From Guillardia theta CCMP2712 (taxonomy: Eukaryota > Protista > Cryptophyta): DNA of 59,843 nucleotides. A program made the position numbers and the translations under genes. Positions within the stretch are counted from its first letter, which is position 1. The number at the start of each line of letters is the position of its first letter. Below, piece by piece: positions 56,419 through 59,843 of the stretch. Below the pieces are notes generated by a model. That model was not told the origin of the DNA. It worked only from the letters and a program-made list of their open reading frames with translations, and ran no database searches. Location of the stretch: positions 1-59,843 of the forward strand of contig NW_005434514.1 in NCBI RefSeq assembly GCF_000315625.1. The letters run 5' to 3'.

Positions 56419-58439
56419 GCAGCCGGGTATACAATCGAACTGGAGCCTCGTAATACTTGAGATGCTCTTCCGTTTTCAAGAGCAAGAGGAAAGCTCACTA
56501 GTGTGCACAGACTTTTGAGGCAGGTTTTGACCCCTTTGAACCTCTTGCTCTATCCTCTTTCCTTCAACCAGTGCTCTTTCTCTCCCTCTCGCTTCCTGCC
56601 CGTGGTCTGCCAAGTCCCTTCCGTTCCCTGCCCTCGTGCCTGGTTACATTAGTTCAAACCCCATGATCACGTTACTGTATCTCAGTCACGTTACATCTCC
56701 GAATCGAGCCCTTTAAAAATGTTTCCGGCTAAAAGTCACGCCAAAGTCACGGCCCCCGCGCGTTCGTTTTTTTTTCCATTTTTTTGGTTTTCTTTGCAAG
56801 GCCGTATCATTTTCATGTTTTCACGGAATTGACTTTATTTTATATTTTTATCTGCAAACATTTACAAACTTCATATATTTTGACTCAATAAGCATATTGT
56901 ATTCAAATTGCCTCCATTTCAGCACTGACATTTTGGCTCGCTTCCACTTATTTCTTGTCATGCAGTTCCCGGAATCGTGTCATGAGGTGTCGTTACCCTC
57001 CTCCCCTCACATAACCACTTTACTGGACATAAAAGTGAATGTAATAAAAGTCAACTTCCGGGCCGCAAGGCGACGCAAGGTCGGGGTTTACCGACGTGTG
57101 GTCGGAGCCCGCCTGGCGGTTTACCGTAGTACTGTTAACTTAACTTTGAGTAAAGACTGTTATATATATATAAGTCTCGGATCGGATCCAGCCGGGCAGC
57201 CTGGCAGGCAGAGTCTGAGGCCCGTGGCCCCCGCCGGGCCCGCCGACGTCGGTACGGTACGATCCGATGATCGGTCGGCCGCTACCAGCGGCAGCGGCGC
57301 GCCGCGAGACGGTCAGCGGCCGGGGGCCCGCCGCCCGCCGCCCGCGCCGCCGCAGGCCGCCGACCCGGGCTGCGCCGGGCTGGGCAGGGGGGCAGGCTCG
57401 GCGGGCCCGGCGGACCGAGTCCGGCGCCACCGTCCGTACTACGTACTACCCGGCCCGAGTCCGGCGGCCTGAGTCAGTAAGCCGGCCGTTCCAAGAGACG
57501 TAATTCAGGTTGCGTGTCCCCCGCTTTTACCCCACCCCTCCGGTACCAATATCACCCCACCCCTCTAATGGCAAGATCACCCCACCCCTCTACAACCAAT
57601 ATCACCCTACTGTTCTACACCAATCTCCGACCCCACCCCCATACTTCAGCCATTTCATAGGTTTAATCACCCCCGTCATAGAAGTTTAGGTCCTGAACTG
57701 CAAGTTCAGGACCCCTAGTTTTCCAAATTATCACCCCATGAGATCGAGGGATCACTACCCCTACCCTCGGCGCTTGAAATATGGACTACCCTCCTGGAAA
57801 CAGCTTCAATGTTTGAACCCCTACCGTCACTTTGAGTTGTGAATACCCTTCTAAGGTTGGTAGGGTACCTATAAGACAACCACCCCCACCCCGTGTTGTT
57901 GGCCCCCTCTTCGTTAAGCCGAGACCCTGGCTTCAAGGCAGAGGAATGGAGGGTCGGAACATGGGCGGAGCAGAGGAGGGAGGAGGAGGAGGAAGAAGAA
58001 ACAGGATCAGAAAAGGAGGGAAGAGACAGCAGAGGCAGAGGGAGGAAGAAGTGGGGGGCTGTTGCGTCGGTGAGGGGGGGGGGGGAGGGGGGGGGGGGTA
58101 GGAGACAGTAGAAGAGGTGGTAAGGAGTTTGTGTGAAGGGATTGATAGCAAGGGGAGGAGTAAAGTATGGAGAAGAGGAAGGACTCAAGACTTTGATGAA
58201 GGGGAGGGCAAAGATTCGATAACGAGGAAATTTAGAGGGCAATGCCCAAAGTATAGGATGATACAGATTTTGAATCGAACCTTGGCAGCTTGTCGAGTAT
58301 GAAGAGAGAAGGAGAGGGAAGAAGATTGTCACAAAGAGCTCCAATGTATCAAGACGAATAGACTTTCGAGCGCAGTCTTGCGAATCAGCTCGGGAATCCC
58401 TGAGCTCGAAGGAGCGCTGACGCTGGTTTGCACGGCAGC

Positions 58440-58742
58440 ATGGCAGAGATCGAAGATGCGGACAAGGTCATCTGTGCGATGAGGTCCTCGGTGCCAGTGG
58501 ACCTTGAGGAGGGGAAGACCTACTACTGGTGCACCTGCGGGCGTTCCAAAAAGCAGCCGTTCTGCGATGGCTCTCACCAAGGCACTGCGTTCAAGCCCAT
58601 GGCCTACACTGCAACGGCAACCGAGCAGCGAAAACTGTGCCAGTGCAAGCAGACGGCCAACCCTCCCTTCTGTGACGGCAGGCACAAGAAGCTGCCAGAG
58701 GACGCGGCTGGCAAGGCCTTTCCCCCGAACTCGGTCCCCTAA
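58440..58742 (+). CDS. CDGSH iron-sulfur protein with two CDGSH motifs (CISD3/MiNT-like)
   Basis: WCTCGRSKKQPFCDGSH and LCQCKQTANPPFCDGRH. Confidence 0.92.
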   Translation: MAEIEDADKVICAMRSSVPVDLEEGKTYYWCTCGRSKKQPFCDGSHQGTAFKPMAYTATATEQRKLCQCKQTANPPFCDGRHKKLPEDAAGKAFPPNSVP

Positions 58743-59540
58743 AGGCAGAGGAGGTCCTAGGAGTAGGAGCGTGTTGTTCTATTCGATTATTCCAGTCGAT
58801 TTTGAGAAAATTTCTTGCTTGGACTCTTTCACGTGGATGCTATAGCTTAGCTCCTCCTACTGCTGCTGCTGCTGCGTCCTCCTCTCCACAATCACCTGCT
58901 AGGCGTCAGCTGCACTTGCCGCCCCTCGTTTGCTCACCTTGTTGTTTGACGCGTCCCACCACCTCGTCGACTGCACTGTGAGCTGAACCTACCGGTGCAT
59001 GTGAGGAAGAAGGATAGGAAAAGAATTAAGCAGAGAACGAGGAACGAGAGGGGGGCAACGAAACAAAGGAGAGGAGAGAGAAGAAAGGAAGCAAAGAAGG
59101 AAGGGAGGGAGGGGGAAAGTTGAGGACAGGACAGGACAGGACAGGACAGGAGGTACCAAGCTGCTCGCTGGTCCCTTGACGAGTAGGCGGAGTTCCTGCA
59201 AGAGAAATGAGTGGAAGAGAGCGAAAGAGACAAGAAGAGGAGCAGGTGAAGGGGAAGGAGCAGGAGCAGGAAGGGGCTACACACCTCGACAGCAAGCGCC
59301 TCAACGGGGATGTCGTTGACTGCGATGATCTAGAGCACAAGAGGTGAGAGATGCGAGAGGACAGCAGCAGCTGTGAAGGTGAGCGAGGGAGGGCAGACAA
59401 GAGCAGGTGGGGCGGGGGAGGAGGGGAGCGACAAGAAGAAGTGGAGAAGAGGGGAGGGGAGGACATCGAACGAGAGGGAGGGGGAAGGCAGGTGGGGGAG
59501 GAGAGGAGGAGAGGGGTGGGGTGGGGAAGGAAGAGAGGGA

Positions 59541-59625
59541 ACGACAGGACAGAACAGGACAGAACAGAACAGCACAGCACAGCACAGCACAGCACAGCAC
59601 AGCACAGCACAGCACAGCACAGGAC
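59541..59625 (+). repeat. (ACAGC/ACAGG/ACAGA)n pentamer microsatellite
   Basis: Direct inspection. Confidence 0.9.
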
Positions 59626-59843
59626 AAGAGGTTGGAAGGAAGCAGGTTCCGGGCCTTACGGTATCGCCGACGGACAAGGGGCTCTCTGAGAAGAGTGCTT
59701 GCGAGAGAACTTTCACGTTGCCCATGCTGCTAGTCCGTCAGAACCACAAAGGGAAGAGCTCTGCGATAGGAGGTGCTGGGGAGAGTGGGGGGATTGGTCA
59801 GGGAAGGGGGCTCATGGGAACGAACAGGAGGAGTAGGAGAAGA

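Overview
Eukaryotic nuclear DNA: gene-dense, with short GT-AG introns, TTTAGGG-type telomeric repeats and an RWP-RK gene. This fits an alga such as a cryptophyte (Guillardia-like), which is an inference. The left ~16.5 kb looks like a chromosome end: a head-to-tail array of minus-strand non-LTR retroelements separated by short (TAAACCC)n tracts. One element (A) is large and autonomous-type. It has ORF1 plus a ~2,500-aa polyprotein with a Ulp1/C48 cysteine protease, APE endonuclease, C4 Zn-finger, RT, degenerate RNase H-like region, CCHC knuckle and a restriction-like endonuclease, i.e. a dual-endonuclease Dualen/RandI-like layout. The polyprotein is split by a 7-bp duplication. The other units (B, C) encode only an ORF1 paralogue, and D is a 150-bp 3' stub. 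B, C and D share a structured 3' terminal RNA motif, which recurs in an 81-bp TSD-flanked insertion at 31.7 kb. A ~2-kb subtelomeric tandem repeat follows. Host genes come next: SDR, CCR4-type deadenylase, ML-domain protein, two duplicated alpha-kinases with focal hypervariable patches, DUF726/TMCO4, tandem PDZ, FYVE, CBM48, PPR-TrmB fusion, RWP-RK and CDGSH proteins. Exon boundaries of host genes were read by eye and are approximate.
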